A DNA stretch of 64,000 bases from Hemiscyllium ocellatum (Eukaryota). The notes beneath the pieces were generated by a model, which saw only the letters and a list, made by a program, of their open reading frames with translations, had not been told where the DNA came from and ran no database searches. Below are positions 62,831 to 64,000 of this stretch, in pieces (positions within the stretch are counted from its first letter, which is position 1; the number at the start of each line of letters is the position of its first letter). The stretch covers positions 4,481,239 to 4,545,238 of the forward strand of contig NW_026867487.1 of NCBI RefSeq assembly GCF_020745735.1. The letters are read 5' to 3'. Made by a program: the position numbers and the translations under genes.

Positions 62831-64000
62831 GTGCTGTGAATGTGTCAGAATTATTACCAGCATAAACGTTATCCAGGTTACCTTCCAGGTTCATATGAAA
62901 ACGCTGAAAAATGTCGGTTCTCAACATTCAAGGACAGATTGTTGAAGTCAGGACTTCGCTGGTTAATTATTCAATATCCATTTGTAAATAAACAGAGAGT
63001 GACTGAAACATTCATTGATAAAGATTTAAACATACATTGCTGGAGGCCTTTCCTCAGTCGTCACTGCTTTGTGTCATTTCAGTATTGTTATTAGACTACA
63101 TGTATCTTCCGAAATACATTTTTGTCTCAGTTTATATTGCACAAGACTCTGTCTTGCTTATTATTAGACGAGATCACATCTCTATTATGTCGTATCTGCC
63201 GTTTATTTTTCTCCCATTATATTCAACGTTGACTTAGTTATTGTTATACTGGATAACATATAATTCCAAGTTCCATTGTACAAGTGCCCCTTAGTAGTGC
63301 GTTTGCTTTTGGAGCTCAATATATTTTCAGCACAACGACTCTTGTGGTAAGGACAACATAAGTTCACTACAAGAACCTGATGCAGTAACATAAAGTCATG
63401 TATCAGTTACCACGTTACCTGATGTTGTCCCTGTTTATATTACACCAGGCCATTAACAACAAGAAATTCTGGAAGAACCTCCAACATTTAGTGGCCCTTC
63501 TCGATTTAGCAGAACAAATGAACGTTCTGCATTTTCTACATGGCTCACTATTTGTATGTAATTATGTCCTCTTCAGATGCCTTCCCTACTAGGGTTAAAA
63601 CAGATTTTCTAACAGTTCACCGTGAATACATTAACTCATTCTGTTAAAATCAAAAAGCACTAAAACTTAAATGCGTGAACTAAATAGATGAGATAATCTC
63701 GAGATACTTAGAATGTACATAAATAATGAGTGGTGATTTTAGGTTCAAGACGGGGTCTTTACACCGCATCAGTTCAAGAACTCCACATATGGTGAGGGTG
63801 AAATGCAACATTTGCAGGCAAGAGATTGCCCTTGTATGTGTTTTGCATTTTACAAAGATCCGCCCGAGCAATGTTATACATGGACGATAAGAGATTTTGC
63901 TTTTCTTGACAGAACTGCACGTGAAGTGCATATTCCATTTTAATTGCCCCTCTGGAGACTCTTAGTTAGAATAAATGAGGGATACCTCGAACCTGTCTCA

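Noticed and set aside
1-64000. CRISPR arrays, rRNA, prokaryotic operons, TCR constant exons
   Set aside because: No regularly spaced short repeats, rRNA-like blocks or C1-set exons were seen; the sequence is intron-containing vertebrate DNA.

Overview
Eukaryotic genomic DNA from a cartilaginous fish (shark/ray-type SINE, CR1 and Penelope repeats; species not determinable here). The window is part of a T-cell receptor alpha/delta-type variable (V) segment array. It holds four V genes with intact spliced ORFs (leader exon, phase-1 intron, V exon, 23-bp-spacer RSS), all on the + strand: three family-A paralogs (1280-2361, 22802-23891, 45277-46314) and one family-B gene (39633-40073). It also holds at least 12 clear V pseudogenes or fragments, many inverted, plus several more eroded V-like relics. 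Positions 1-49305 are a tandem triplication (units of about 21.4 kb, 22.4 kb and a partial unit with a ~10 kb internal deletion). The most notable observation is a decayed V exon at ~51.2-51.4 kb whose Trp-to-Cys spacing and FR3 resemble the CDR2-less NAR-type V domain (IgNAR / NAR-TCR). It is followed by a possible degenerate J segment with a 23-bp RSS, so this may be the relic of a NAR-TCR cassette. No C exon or convincing D segment was seen. Most ORFs in the supplied track are spurious or are decayed retroelement fragments. Three N gaps are present. Family labels A-E are my own working names. Coordinates and translations were read by hand; repeat boundaries are approximate.
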